NCBI GenBank assembly: GCA_902384585.1 | Contig: CABMCJ010000002.1 | Coordinates: forward strand, 88,629-152,628 | Origin: Candidatus Anstonella stagnisolia | Lineage (GTDB): Archaea > Micrarchaeota > Micrarchaeia > Anstonellales > Anstonellaceae | Direction of reading: 5' to 3' | Length of the DNA stretch: 64,000 bases | Position numbers and translations under genes: made by a program | Shown: piece after piece, positions 29,024-38,242 of the stretch | Layout: each line of letters begins with the position of its first letter | Numbering within the stretch: the first letter of the stretch is position 1 | The notes under the pieces: model-generated | Told to the model about the DNA's origin: nothing | Seen by the model: only the letters and a program-made list of their open reading frames with translations | The model's database searches: none

Positions 29024-30406
29024 TTACCATTTGTACCTTTTCCCAGAGAACTCGTGCACGTACGCGGAAAGGTAAGTGAAGCCTATGAAAAGCGGGTAGA
29101 GGTACACTATTCCTATCAGGGGAAGGATGTGGCGCGCCTGCGGCTTTTGGCCTGAGATGGAAAAGCTCTTGTGCACAAAATAGCCCCATATCACAAGGGA
29201 GATAAGGCCGAATATCATTGCAGAGTCAAGCAGGAATGGGTCGAACGGGACTGAAATGCCGCTTGCCGCAAGGACTGAGAAGTGCGAAAGCCAGGGGGCA
29301 GCATAGTTTATTCCTGCGCGCGCGTAGTTGAGGAGCGTCCAGAGGATAAAGAGGGCTGCAAAAAAGCCGCTTCCAAGAGTTACGGGGAGGATGAAAAGCC
29401 CGAAATTCCCGTGCATGGGGTTTAGGAACATGTCTATGTACTTGAGCATGTTCATTATGCCGCCGCGGAACCAGCGCAGCCTTTGGCGGTAAAGGGACTT
29501 CAATGTTGCAGGCACTTCCGTGAAAACTACTGAAGTGTGGCAGGCTTTTATTTTCCAGCCGTGCCTCTGCATGCGCAAGGCGATTTCCATATCCTCCGTG
29601 AGGTTTTTTTCGTCAAAGCCCCCAAGCTCCTCGAACATTCTCTTTCTATAGAGCGCCATGGGGCCAGGGGTTACGTACAAGCCGTCTATTGCTGCCACTG
29701 TTTTGAAGAAAAAGCCAAAGGAAATCCAGTATTCTATTTCCTGCACTGCCTGTATGAAGGTTTTTGGAGGGGTCGTGTTTATGAAAAGCACTACGGAGCC
29801 CACTTTCTTGTCTGCCTCAAAATATTTCACTGCGTGCAGGAGCGCATCCTCCTTGGGGTATGTGTCCGAATCCACGCAGCCCACTATCTCGCCCTTTGAG
29901 GCTAGTATTCCGGTATTCATTGCGGCTGCCTTTCCCTCGTTCTTTTCCTTGTGTATTACGCGTATGCCTTTTATGGAGTGCAATTTTTCGCACGAGCCGT
30001 CCGTGCTTCCGTCGTCCACTACTGTAATGTCAAGCTTGCCGGGGTATTGGAGTTTTTGGCACGCCTCCACGCACTTGAAAATCGTGTGGGCGGAATTGAA
30101 AGAGGGAATGATGAGGGAGACAGATGGGTATTCCTTTATGGAAGCCGGCTCCTTGTCCTCCCATGCGCCATCCACCCAGAGCACAAGGTAGCACATGAAA
30201 ACGAAAATCGTGAAAATGCTGTAAGCCATGAAAATTGTCTGGTAGGAGAGAAGGAGCGAAATGAAAATCGCGATTGCGAGAAGCATCATGCCTGCGATTA
30301 TGATGTTCCGCCGCGCTGGGATGTTTATCTTTGAGCGCTCAAAGCCCGAAGGTGCGACTGAGCCGTCAAGCAGGCCGGTTTGGGAATCGTAGTGCTTGAG
30401 TTCCAT
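29024..30406 (-). CDS. GT2 processive glycosyltransferase (PgaC/cellulose synthase-like)
   Basis: DDGS.D, GKA.A.N, DSD, TED, QRLRW plus TM helices. Confidence 0.93.
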   Translation of the reverse strand: MELKHYDSQTGLLDGSVAPSGFERSKINIPARRNIIIAGMMLLAIAIFISLLLSYQTIFMAYSIFTIFVFMCYLVLWVDGAWEDKEPASIKEYPSVSLIIPSFNSAHTIFKCVEACQKLQYPGKLDITVVDDGSTDGSCEKLHSIKGIRVIHKEKNEGKAAAMNTGILASKGEIVGCVDSDTYPKEDALLHAVKYFEADKKVGSVVLFINTTPPKTFIQAVQEIEYWISFGFFFKTVAAIDGLYVTPGPMALYRKRMFEELGGFDEKNLTEDMEIALRMQRHGWKIKACHTSVVFTEVPATLKSLYRQRLRWFRGGIMNMLKYIDMFLNPMHGNFGLFILPVTLGSGFFAALFILWTLLNYARAGINYAAPWLSHFSVLAASGISVPFDPFLLDSAMIFGLISLVIWGYFVHKSFSISGQKPQARHILPLIGIVYLYPLFIGFTYLSAYVHEFSGKRYKW

Positions 30407-30478
30407 CTAATCAGCCGCCCGCAGGCGCTTAAGTTCCATTTTATCAGCAGTCAAGTGAGCACGTGTGCCCTGAAAAAC

Positions 30479-31138
30479 TTACTGGCAGGTTGCACCGTTT
30501 GCAACAAGGGAGTTTATGAGAGCCGCCTCGCTTTGCAATCCGGCTTGCGCGCTCCCGTCGTTTATCACAATTGCGGGCACTGCGCTTATTTTGTACCTGT
30601 CCGCGAGGATTTTCACTGGCTCAAGGGAATAGTCTGCCGGGAAGGCGTATATGCGCACGTTCTTGCAGCGCTTTGCAACGTTTGAGAGGATTGCATTTTG
30701 GGAAAGGCAGTCGGGACAAAGGGAATTTTCCTTGTAGAAGAATGCGAGCGGGATTTCCTCCACGCCGCACGTCTTGCGGTTTTCAAAGCCGGAGACGTAC
30801 ATTGAGCTGAGGCCGAGGAAGTAGGAAAGCTTTAGCTGCTCGTATTCTGCGTTCAGGATGTTGCTGCGCTCGTAGTCTTGGAGGCGAAGCGCAATGGAGT
30901 ATGTGCGGTCAAGCTGCGCCTGGCGAAGCGAAAGAAGGTAGGGGCACTGCTCTTGTGGGGACTTTGCAAGCACGCGCGAGTATTGGGCAAGCACATCCTC
31001 TGCCTGCTTTTGCGCGAGCACGGACTCGACGTTTTTCCTTAGCTCGTTTGCGCGCATGTTGTCTATCTGGGAGACCATTAGGAATGCGAGCAGCACCACG
31101 AGAGCCGTAAGGATGCCTGCCTTTAGGAATGGGTTCAT
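30479..31138 (-). CDS. Membrane-anchored protein with C-terminal thioredoxin-like fold
   Basis: N-terminal TM; FFY....CPDC and Y.I..VPA.VIN. Confidence 0.75.
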   Translation of the reverse strand: MNPFLKAGILTALVVLLAFLMVSQIDNMRANELRKNVESVLAQKQAEDVLAQYSRVLAKSPQEQCPYLLSLRQAQLDRTYSIALRLQDYERSNILNAEYEQLKLSYFLGLSSMYVSGFENRKTCGVEEIPLAFFYKENSLCPDCLSQNAILSNVAKRCKNVRIYAFPADYSLEPVKILADRYKISAVPAIVINDGSAQAGLQSEAALINSLVANGATCQ

Positions 31139-31239
31139 GTGATAATTTTGCCGCTATTGTTTTTAAAGGTCGTGGCGTCGCGGCGTAGCATGCTTATTGA
31201 GTTGGAGCCTCTGCCTTCGGTGCCAGTATTATCGCGCCT

Positions 31240-31845
31240 TCAACTAGTATCGCACATTTGAAGGAAGGGTGGATGTTGAGCTTGATGGTGTATGGGTCGA
31301 ACCGCAACGCCGGGAATTCTGAGAAGCCACCTTTTGTCATCTTCAGAAAGAGCATCCCAAACTTTCTGGGAAACCTGCAAAGGAAGGCAGGTTTCTTCAT
31401 CAACTTTGCCGCCTTGCCTGGATTTTTGGACAACATTTCGCACGACTTTTATTGTTTTGGGCTGGATGATAGTTCTTCCCTTATCTACTATGACATGTGC
31501 TGGTTTGATATAAAGATAAAGACCTTTTTCATCATCAAAAGCTTCTGGCGCAAGGCGTAAAACATCTCTTTCAGGAAGAATCCAGCGGGTTTGCGAATCA
31601 ACAATGTCCCCTTTTTTGAATTTTTCACCCTCTGCAGGGTGTGCGACAATTTCGTCGTGCCAGCGGTAGTATACTTTTATTATCGGTCCTGAAGCATCTG
31701 GGATTACTGGTCCTTTGTCGTCAAGAGCGTGTGATATGAGCCTGCCGCCCATGTCATATGCCATTTGGCGCCCTTCCAAATAACCTCCAGCCTTTCCGGT
31801 AATAGTTACTCGCTTGCCTGCGATTAGTATTTGTTGAGCAGCCAT
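31240..31845 (-). CDS. Hypothetical protein, possibly frameshifted near the C-terminus
   Basis: 201-aa ORF with own promoter, just downstream of the tRNA; alternative frame runs to 31194. Confidence 0.6.
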   Translation of the reverse strand: MAAQQILIAGKRVTITGKAGGYLEGRQMAYDMGGRLISHALDDKGPVIPDASGPIIKVYYRWHDEIVAHPAEGEKFKKGDIVDSQTRWILPERDVLRLAPEAFDDEKGLYLYIKPAHVIVDKGRTIIQPKTIKVVRNVVQKSRQGGKVDEETCLPLQVSQKVWDALSEDDKRWLLRIPGVAVRPIHHQAQHPPFLQMCDTS

Positions 31846-31925
31846 GGGCGCACTTTCCTGCCGTGTGTTAGATTATGGGTTTGGGAGTTTAAAAGGTGGG
31901 CAGTATGGGAAGTTGAAAAACAGGA

Positions 31926-32079
31926 AGCCCCCGATGGGGATTGAACCCATGGCCTCGTGCTTTATGGAAAACGGGAAATAGACTTCTAATTCTCTTTTCT
32001 TTCCCAGGGGTTTCTTTTCTCTTTTAAGAGAAAAGAAAGCCCTTACCATGCACGCGCTCTACCTCTGAGCTACAGGGGC
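31926..32079 (-). tRNA. tRNA-Thr(GGT) with 82-nt intron at 37/38 (intron 31962-32043)
   Basis: Acceptor GCCCCTG/CGGGGGC, D arm AGCTCAGAGGTAGAGC, anticodon stem CGTGC/GCACG with GGT, T loop GGTTCAATCC; AUGG/CCAU central helix of a BHB. Confidence 0.95.
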
Positions 32080-32089
32080 GAATAAGTGT

Positions 32090-33391
32090 TTATTTGCGAA
32101 AAACGTCTTTTAATACTATTGCGTGCTCCCGCGAAGGCCCAACGCCTACGAAGTATATGGGCGTGGCAAGTTCTTTTGAGATGAACTCCAAGTACGTGCG
32201 CGCATTCTTGGGAAGCGTGTCAAGGGAATTGCCTGCGCACTTGTCCCAGCCCGCACCCAAATCTTCCCAGCCTGAAAATTCCTTGTAGATGGGAGTGCAA
32301 AGCGCAAAGTCCTGGCTCGTGAGCGGCATGTGGGTTATCTTTTTCCCTTCAAGCTCGTATGCAGTGCATATTTTCACCTTTGGAAAGCCTGCGAGAGTGT
32401 CTAAGCGCGTGAATGCGAGCCCTGTCAAGCCGTTTACTATTTTTGAGTAGCGGAGCGTTACAAGGTCAAGCCAGCCTATGCGGCGAGGGCGCTTTGTAAC
32501 TGTGCCGAATTCGCCGCCTCGCTCGCGTATTTTCTCTGCTGTGGAATCAAAAATTTCGCTGGGAACAGGCCCCTCCCCTACGCGGGAAGTGTATACTTTC
32601 ACTACGCCCACTACTTCGTTTATTGCGGTCGGGCCTACGCCTGTTCCTGTGCATGCGCCCCCGGCAGTTGTATTTGAGGAGGTGCAGTAGGGGTAAAAGC
32701 CGTGGTCTATGTCAAGCATTGTAGCCTGCGCGCCCTCAAAGAGAACGTTCTTTTTCTTTGAGATTGCATCGTTGAGAATGAAAGAGGCGTCTGCAATGTA
32801 TTTGCGGCACTCTTTTGAGTAAGAAATGTATTGGGAAAGGGTTTTCTCCGCGGGCTGCGACGGGCTTTTTCCGTATATCCCAAGCATCCTTTCTTTCAGG
32901 TGAAGGAGTTTGGGGAGCTTTTCGTGCAGGGTTTCCTCGTCGCAAAACTCCTCGAAGCGCAGTCCAAAGCGCGCTGCCTTGTCTGCGTATGTGGGGCCTA
33001 TTCCACGCCTTGTGGTGCCCGCTGCATTTCCCTGCTTGTGCTCTTCTTCTGCTGCATCAATGTCCTTGTGTATGGGAAGCACTACGTGGGCCTTTGGGGA
33101 AATAAAGAGGTTGGGAGTGATGCCCGCTGCTTTTAGCTCGGAAAGCTCTGCAAGGAGCTTTTCAGGTTCTATTACAGTGCCGTTCCCTAGGAGGTTTATC
33201 TTTTGGGGATGGAGAACGCCGGAGGGGAGAAGGTTGAACTTGTATTTCTTTCCTCCGTGCATTACGGTGTGCCCTGCGTTTGCGCCGCCGCAAAAGCGCA
33301 CGATTACCTCTGCTTCCTTTGCATAGAGGTCTACGATTTTTCCCTTTCCCTCGTCGCCCCACTGCGCCCCTACTACTATTACTCCGACCAT
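32090..33391 (-). CDS. purA: Adenylosuccinate synthetase
   Basis: QWGDEGKGK, GGANAGHT, GTT.RGIGP.Y.DK, EGAQ. Confidence 0.97.
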   Translation of the reverse strand: MVGVIVVGAQWGDEGKGKIVDLYAKEAEVIVRFCGGANAGHTVMHGGKKYKFNLLPSGVLHPQKINLLGNGTVIEPEKLLAELSELKAAGITPNLFISPKAHVVLPIHKDIDAAEEEHKQGNAAGTTRRGIGPTYADKAARFGLRFEEFCDEETLHEKLPKLLHLKERMLGIYGKSPSQPAEKTLSQYISYSKECRKYIADASFILNDAISKKKNVLFEGAQATMLDIDHGFYPYCTSSNTTAGGACTGTGVGPTAINEVVGVVKVYTSRVGEGPVPSEIFDSTAEKIRERGGEFGTVTKRPRRIGWLDLVTLRYSKIVNGLTGLAFTRLDTLAGFPKVKICTAYELEGKKITHMPLTSQDFALCTPIYKEFSGWEDLGAGWDKCAGNSLDTLPKNARTYLEFISKELATPIYFVGVGPSREHAIVLKDVFRK

Positions 33392-33396
33392 AAATC

Positions 33397-34380
33397 TCAC
33401 CACTTAATTGTTTGTACGTGTCCGTCATCCTTTACTGCAAGCAATTTCTTATTTGTAAGCCTCACGCATGCGGAGAGGGCTTCGTTTAGGCGCGCTGGAT
33501 TGTCTCCGGACGCGCTTGCTGCGTATTTGTGCCCGCCGCCGGTGCCTCCTATGAGGGGCGCAATTTCGCGCATTATGTCCGCAACGCTGATGGGAAGGGT
33601 GAGCGAGGAGTCCATGCGAGCGCTTATGCGCGCAGCCTTTTTGCCTGCGTGCCCCACGAATGCGAAATCCGCGCCTATGTTGAGAAGGGAAAGGGCTGCG
33701 TGGGACTCGTATGCGTTTGTAATGCTCCAGGCGATTATGTAGTTGCCGGCATTCTCAAACTGCATGCGCTGGAAGGATTGGAGAGTTGTGGTGCGCGCGG
33801 AAATATCTTCTGGGACGTGGCACTCCTTGAGAAGCTCTTGGTAAGAGCATTTGCATTTGGAGAGGAGAGAGTGCATTGCCTTGAAAGTGCGTGCGCTTGC
33901 ACTCCTAAAGTGCGCGCTGTCGGACACGATTCCTGCAGCAAGCGCAAAAGCGATTTTCTCGTCTATCTTTTTTGTGGGAAGCAGGAAGGAAAGCATTTCG
34001 CACACAGAGCTTGCGCTTGCGTCCTTTATTTTTATGGGAGCACTGAGCTCGTCATCGTGCGCCTCGTGGTGGTCTATTATTGCGTCTATCTTTTTTGCAA
34101 TTAGATGCGGCGCAAGCTTTGCGGAAGAGCAGTCAAGAAGGATTATGAGGTCAAACTTTTCATTTTGCACGTCTGCAAGGGAGTGAAGGGTGAGCGCGTA
34201 GTGGAGCGCAAAATGGCGCGCCTCTGCGTTTATGTGGTCGGGAATTACGATTTTTGCCTTCTTGCAAAAGCGCGAGAAAACGTATGCGGATGCAACTGCG
34301 TCCAAATCTGCAAGGGAATGGAAAGTGATGAGGCAGCTTGAGCGCGAGGCTTTTGTGAGCAAGGAGGAGAACTTTTGCAT
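33397..34380 (-). CDS. DHH/DHHA1-family phosphoesterase
   Basis: H..AD.D, LLD, IDHH, GI.SD, GGGH..A. Confidence 0.9.
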   Translation of the reverse strand: MQKFSSLLTKASRSSCLITFHSLADLDAVASAYVFSRFCKKAKIVIPDHINAEARHFALHYALTLHSLADVQNEKFDLIILLDCSSAKLAPHLIAKKIDAIIDHHEAHDDELSAPIKIKDASASSVCEMLSFLLPTKKIDEKIAFALAAGIVSDSAHFRSASARTFKAMHSLLSKCKCSYQELLKECHVPEDISARTTTLQSFQRMQFENAGNYIIAWSITNAYESHAALSLLNIGADFAFVGHAGKKAARISARMDSSLTLPISVADIMREIAPLIGGTGGGHKYAASASGDNPARLNEALSACVRLTNKKLLAVKDDGHVQTIKW

Positions 34381-34439
34381 AAGAAGCAGTCTGCGAACAA
34401 GAATAAAAGGGTTTTGGGGGAATTGTTATCGGTGATGCT

Positions 34440-34571
34440 ATGATTGCAAGCTTGATGTTCGTTGTGTTGTGGTATTTGAAAATTGTGCAGACGAATTACG
34501 ACTGGATAATATTGTGCTTCCTTATTGCTCTGGAAACCGGGAACACGATAAGAGTGGTGCGGCACTACTGA
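34440..34571 (+). CDS. Small (43-aa) hydrophobic protein, below the ORF-track cutoff
   Basis: GGTGA SD 4 nt before ATG; MIASLMFVVLWYLKIVQTNYDWIILCFLIALETGNTIRVVRHY; fills the gap. Confidence 0.6.
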   Translation: MIASLMFVVLWYLKIVQTNYDWIILCFLIALETGNTIRVVRHY

Positions 34572-35536
34572 AGCCCTTCATTGCGCAGGGGATTGAGCAT
34601 GCGCTCCTCTACAACGGAAATAAAGGAGTGCCTGCCAATTATGTGCCCGAATTTTGTTTTTATTTCCCTAGTGAAATCGTGAAGCTCGGAATTGTCGCGC
34701 ACTATTATGTCCACTTCGATGTCCCAACTGCCTATTGCCTTGTTCAGGAAAACAACGTTGTCGTTTTGAGCGCAAAAGCGAAGGAATTGCTTCTCTTTTT
34801 CAGGAGTAATGCTGCGAAAGCCTATGAGGAACTTGTAGTAGTTGAAGCCGAGTTTTTTTGCATCAAACCATGCAGTAAAGCCCTGTATGAGCCCTTTCTT
34901 TTGGAGCATTTTTATGCGATAATTCACGGCGTCGGGGGTGAGGTTTGATTTTTTTGAGAGCTCCACGCTGCTAATGCGGGAATTGCCATAAAGCTCGCGA
35001 AGGATGATAAGGTCTATTGAATCGGTTTTTTCAATGTGCGCAAGAGCCTCGGGAGGAAGCGGAGGGGAGCGGGGAGTCCCAAATGCCTTGTTCCACGGGA
35101 AATATACCTGATAAGTGGTTGTTGCGATTGTTTTCTCAACGATTTTTGAGCCGAAGTGCTCTATCATAAGGGATGCAAAGCGCTCGACCTCAAGCTCGTC
35201 TTTTGCGAGTATGCGGCACATTGCATCGTATTCGCCCTCGCATATCACGCCCCAGAGCGTGCGGGGATGGTTTTCAAACACGCGCAGCACTTCCTCCTCT
35301 GTTTTCTTGTCTAGGGAATCGAACTTGAAGTAGAGGCGGTAGGAGCGCAACCCAAGCTTTGCAAAGCTCACGTTTGCAAGCGGGAAGAAAATTATGCCTT
35401 GCTGCAAAAGCTGCGCCAGCCGCCGTTGCACTGCGGTATTGCTTAGGTGGAGCTTTTTCCCAAGCTGCACAAAGCTCTGGCGGGAATTTGTGTACATGAG
35501 GTCAAGCAGCCTCTTGTCCTTTGCATCAAGATTCAT
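34565..35536 (-). CDS. Tandem (double-unit) Lrp/AsnC transcriptional regulator
   Basis: LDAKDKRLL..NSR and DSIDLIIL..NSR wHTH units with RAM domains; paralog of 11350-12333. Confidence 0.92.
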   Translation of the reverse strand: MNLDAKDKRLLDLMYTNSRQSFVQLGKKLHLSNTAVQRRLAQLLQQGIIFFPLANVSFAKLGLRSYRLYFKFDSLDKKTEEEVLRVFENHPRTLWGVICEGEYDAMCRILAKDELEVERFASLMIEHFGSKIVEKTIATTTYQVYFPWNKAFGTPRSPPLPPEALAHIEKTDSIDLIILRELYGNSRISSVELSKKSNLTPDAVNYRIKMLQKKGLIQGFTAWFDAKKLGFNYYKFLIGFRSITPEKEKQFLRFCAQNDNVVFLNKAIGSWDIEVDIIVRDNSELHDFTREIKTKFGHIIGRHSFISVVEERMLNPLRNEGLQ

Positions 35537-35630
35537 ATGCTAAATACACGAAAAATACATATATTTCTTTCGGTTTTATTGCGTTTTTTCTTAAGAATTT
35601 ATTAATATAAGAAAGAGTACATATTTCACC

Positions 35631-36395
35631 ATGGAAAACAAAAATGCTCCCGAATGGGTGGACAAGGCGTGGGGCAGCACGTGCCGCACGCTTCTTGGCG
35701 GGGAAGTAGGAAGCATTGGGAAGTTTGAGGAGTATTTGAAGAGGGACGTTCCGCATTTTCGGATTGGAAAATCCTCAATAAGCGGCAGGGAAATTGTTGT
35801 TGGTGGAGAATATGTGGAGGGAACAAAGTTCATTTCCGGGGACGAGATAGGGAAGTATGCGCTTGCGGCTGCGCAATTGAACGTGAACGACATAAAGGAT
35901 ATTGATTCCATAATTGAGGCATTGGGCGAAAGCGTGCGCTATTGCGGCAACAATTTGATTGGGAATTGCTCAAATGCAACTCTTGCAAACCGACTTATAG
36001 ACTCGAATTTCGTGCACTGCTCTTATGACGTTTTTTACAGCAAGTACGTTGCATACTCGAATGGAGTTAAGTATTGCGAATACGTTTTTGGGAGCGAGGG
36101 CGCTGGGAAGGGCGCGCATTTTGCGATTAAAGGGTTTGAGAGCTATGAGTGCAGCCGCGTATTTGAGTGCGTGCACGTGTACAATTCCTCTGACTGCTTT
36201 TACTGCGCAAACGTTGAGAACTGCCACGACTGCCTTTTTTCCTTTAATTTGCGCTCAAAGAGGAGATGCATTGGGAATCTGGAGCTGCAAGAGGGGAAAT
36301 TTGCAGCGCTTAAGGCAAAATTGAAGGAAGAGATTGCAGGGGAGCTTGGGGCGAAGGGCAGCGTGCAGGGAATATTGGGGATAATGGGCGGTTGA
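35631..36395 (+). CDS. Cys-rich repeat protein, A-type unit
   Basis: Shares LN.N.IKDIDS, CGN..G, FNLRSKR..IGNLEL with the N-half of 9674-11221. Confidence 0.85.
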   Translation: MENKNAPEWVDKAWGSTCRTLLGGEVGSIGKFEEYLKRDVPHFRIGKSSISGREIVVGGEYVEGTKFISGDEIGKYALAAAQLNVNDIKDIDSIIEALGESVRYCGNNLIGNCSNATLANRLIDSNFVHCSYDVFYSKYVAYSNGVKYCEYVFGSEGAGKGAHFAIKGFESYECSRVFECVHVYNSSDCFYCANVENCHDCLFSFNLRSKRRCIGNLELQEGKFAALKAKLKEEIAGELGAKGSVQGILGIMGG

Positions 36396-36396
36396 T

Positions 36397-37158
36397 ATGG
36401 AAGAGATAGAAATTGCATTTGGGAAAGTTACGAAGATACTGCTTGGAAAGGAGCTGCGCGGCATTGATGCGTATGCAAAATGGATTGCAGGGCGTTTGCG
36501 CGGTGGAGTGAAGAGGAAGAAATCAGTGGTGAGCGGGAACGCTGTTCTTTGCCCTTCGGTGAGGTATTATGAGGGCATGGGAAACAAGGTAGTAACAGCG
36601 CAGGAGGCGCTTTTGCTTGGGGAGAAAAAGCTTGAGGCAGGGGAAGTTGAGGCGCTTTCGCTTGCAAGCGCAAAAGAAACGCTTTCGAGAATAAGCACGA
36701 GCACGCCTGAGATTGTGTGGGGCACTAACATTGGGACGCTTGAGTGCTCAAACTACGGACCCACCCAATACTGCTACCGCAGCGCTTTCTGCTGGTTCTC
36801 AAAATGCGTTGCATATTCCTTTTGGCCAAGGGAATGCGAGTATGCGTTCGGGTGCTCATACGTGCTCCAGTGCAGCTTTTGCATCCATTGCTACAATTCC
36901 ACAAAGCTCTCAAGGTGCTTTGAGGTAAGCGACTCCACGAATTGCGCGGACTGCTACTTCTGCCACAACTGCGAGAATGTGAATGAGAGCATGTTTTGCT
37001 TTAATGCGAAAAATTTGAGGTATGCGATTGGGAATAGGGAGGTTGGGCGGGAAGCGTACATGCGGGTAAAGGCAAAAGTGCTTGCGCAGATTGCGGATGG
37101 GCTGGAAAAAGAAAAGAGATGCGAGTATGATATTTACAAAATAGGATGCGGAAATTAA
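36397..37158 (+). CDS. Cys-rich repeat protein, B-type unit
   Basis: Shares FCI.C..STKL...FEV and YFCHNCENV....FCFNAK.L with the C-half of 9674-11221. Confidence 0.85.
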   Translation: MEEIEIAFGKVTKILLGKELRGIDAYAKWIAGRLRGGVKRKKSVVSGNAVLCPSVRYYEGMGNKVVTAQEALLLGEKKLEAGEVEALSLASAKETLSRISTSTPEIVWGTNIGTLECSNYGPTQYCYRSAFCWFSKCVAYSFWPRECEYAFGCSYVLQCSFCIHCYNSTKLSRCFEVSDSTNCADCYFCHNCENVNESMFCFNAKNLRYAIGNREVGREAYMRVKAKVLAQIADGLEKEKRCEYDIYKIGCGN

Positions 37159-37184
37159 AAAAATTAAGAAAAGAAAAGTAGAAC

Positions 37185-37547
37185 TTACTGCTGCGGTGCC
37201 GCCATTTTTGCGGCTGCCTCAAGCTGCGTGCGCATTTCTGTGAGCTGCTTGCGGAGCTTGTCCTCCTGCTTTGCGGTTATGCCTGCGCGCATGTCAAGGG
37301 TCTCTTTCCTCTCTTTCAGGAATGCCTTCACGTCCTCCTTTGAGGACTCCATTATGAGCGAGCCGACTGCGCGGAAGAGCGCGCCCTTGCTCTTTGCCAT
37401 TTCCTCCTCTGCCATTTTCACTTCGTCAAGCTGCACTGCGACCTGCTGCTTTTGCATTGAGAGGAGCTGGAGCTGCCTCTGGAGATTTTGGAAATCCTGC
37501 AACTGCTTTTCAAGGTCATCGGTATTTTTTGGAACGTTTGCTGCCAT
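37185..37547 (-). CDS. pfdB: Prefoldin beta subunit
   Basis: Coiled coil, FRAVG beta hairpin, coiled coil; canonical position in the exosome superoperon. Confidence 0.9.
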   Translation of the reverse strand: MAANVPKNTDDLEKQLQDFQNLQRQLQLLSMQKQQVAVQLDEVKMAEEEMAKSKGALFRAVGSLIMESSKEDVKAFLKERKETLDMRAGITAKQEDKLRKQLTEMRTQLEAAAKMAAPQQ

Positions 37548-37566
37548 ATGAAACACCCTTTTTTGT

Positions 37567-37827
37567 TTATTCTTCTTTTTCTTTTAAAGCCTGCCTTTTT
37601 ATCCCGCAAATTGCCTCAAGTATTCGGCACAGGGAATTAAAGGAAGCTTTTAATGCGACAATGTCAGATGCTGAAATCTCTATGAGGACGCGCTCTTCTT
37701 TTGCGCTTATTTTGCAGGAACTGCGTTCCATTTTGCTGCATTCAAGGGAAAGCGCGTGCAAAATTGCGCTTGCATCCTGCGCGCTTTTTGCGTTGAATTC
37801 CAGAGTTGAATGGAACACGCGAACCAC
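37567..37827 (-). CDS. pcc1: KEOPS subunit Pcc1
   Basis: ERS...I.ASD..ALKASFNS..R motif; lies between rpoP and pfdB. Confidence 0.85.
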   Translation of the reverse strand: MVRVFHSTLEFNAKSAQDASAILHALSLECSKMERSSCKISAKEERVLIEISASDIVALKASFNSLCRILEAICGIKRQALKEKEE

Positions 37828-37959
37828 TTAGTCCGTTGAAACGTCCTTTGCGATTGGCTGGCGCTGCTTGTAGAGGATGCGGTGCCCGCACGAGGGGCAG
37901 CGCGTGAATTTCGTGTCAAGCTTTTGTATTTCCTTTTTGCATTTTGCGCAAGTGTACAT
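37828..37959 (-). CDS. rpoP: RNA polymerase subunit Rpo12 (P), 43 aa, missing from the ORF track
   Basis: Manual translation MYTCAKCKKEIQKLDTKFTRCPSCGHRILYKQRQPIAKDVSTD; GAGGT SD. Confidence 0.95.
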   Translation of the reverse strand: MYTCAKCKKEIQKLDTKFTRCPSCGHRILYKQRQPIAKDVSTD

Positions 37960-37972
37960 GTAGGCACCTCGT

Positions 37973-38212
37973 TTATCTCTTCTTGTATTCTGTGAGCAGG
38001 CGGTTGCTTACGTCACCGGCTGGGGTGCTAAGCGAATATGCGCCCCCTGCAAATGAGCTTCCGCAGGACTTGCACGTCCATTTGGAGTTTGAGGTGCGCC
38101 TTACCGCGAGCTTTCCGCACGTCGGGCAGGAGTATGAGAGGCGCTTTGTTGCCCTCACCTTGTCCGCCTGTTTGCGTATTTCTGCGCCGTATCTTACGTC
38201 TCTTCCTGACAT
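37973..38212 (-). CDS. rpl37ae: Ribosomal protein eL43 (L37ae)
   Basis: RYG..IRK, CPTCG, W.C..CG..FAGGAY. Confidence 0.95.
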   Translation of the reverse strand: MSGRDVRYGAEIRKQADKVRATKRLSYSCPTCGKLAVRRTSNSKWTCKSCGSSFAGGAYSLSTPAGDVSNRLLTEYKKR

Positions 38213-38242
38213 CAAAATCACCAATCCATTTGTTTATCCATT

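Noticed and set aside
31194-31926. Integrated element or diversity-generating retroelement at tRNA-Thr
   Set aside because: No integrase, reverse transcriptase, duplicated tRNA 3' end or template/variable repeat pair seen
37707-37967. 86-aa ORF in the track
   Set aside because: Wrong frame; the real gene is rpoP at 37828-37959
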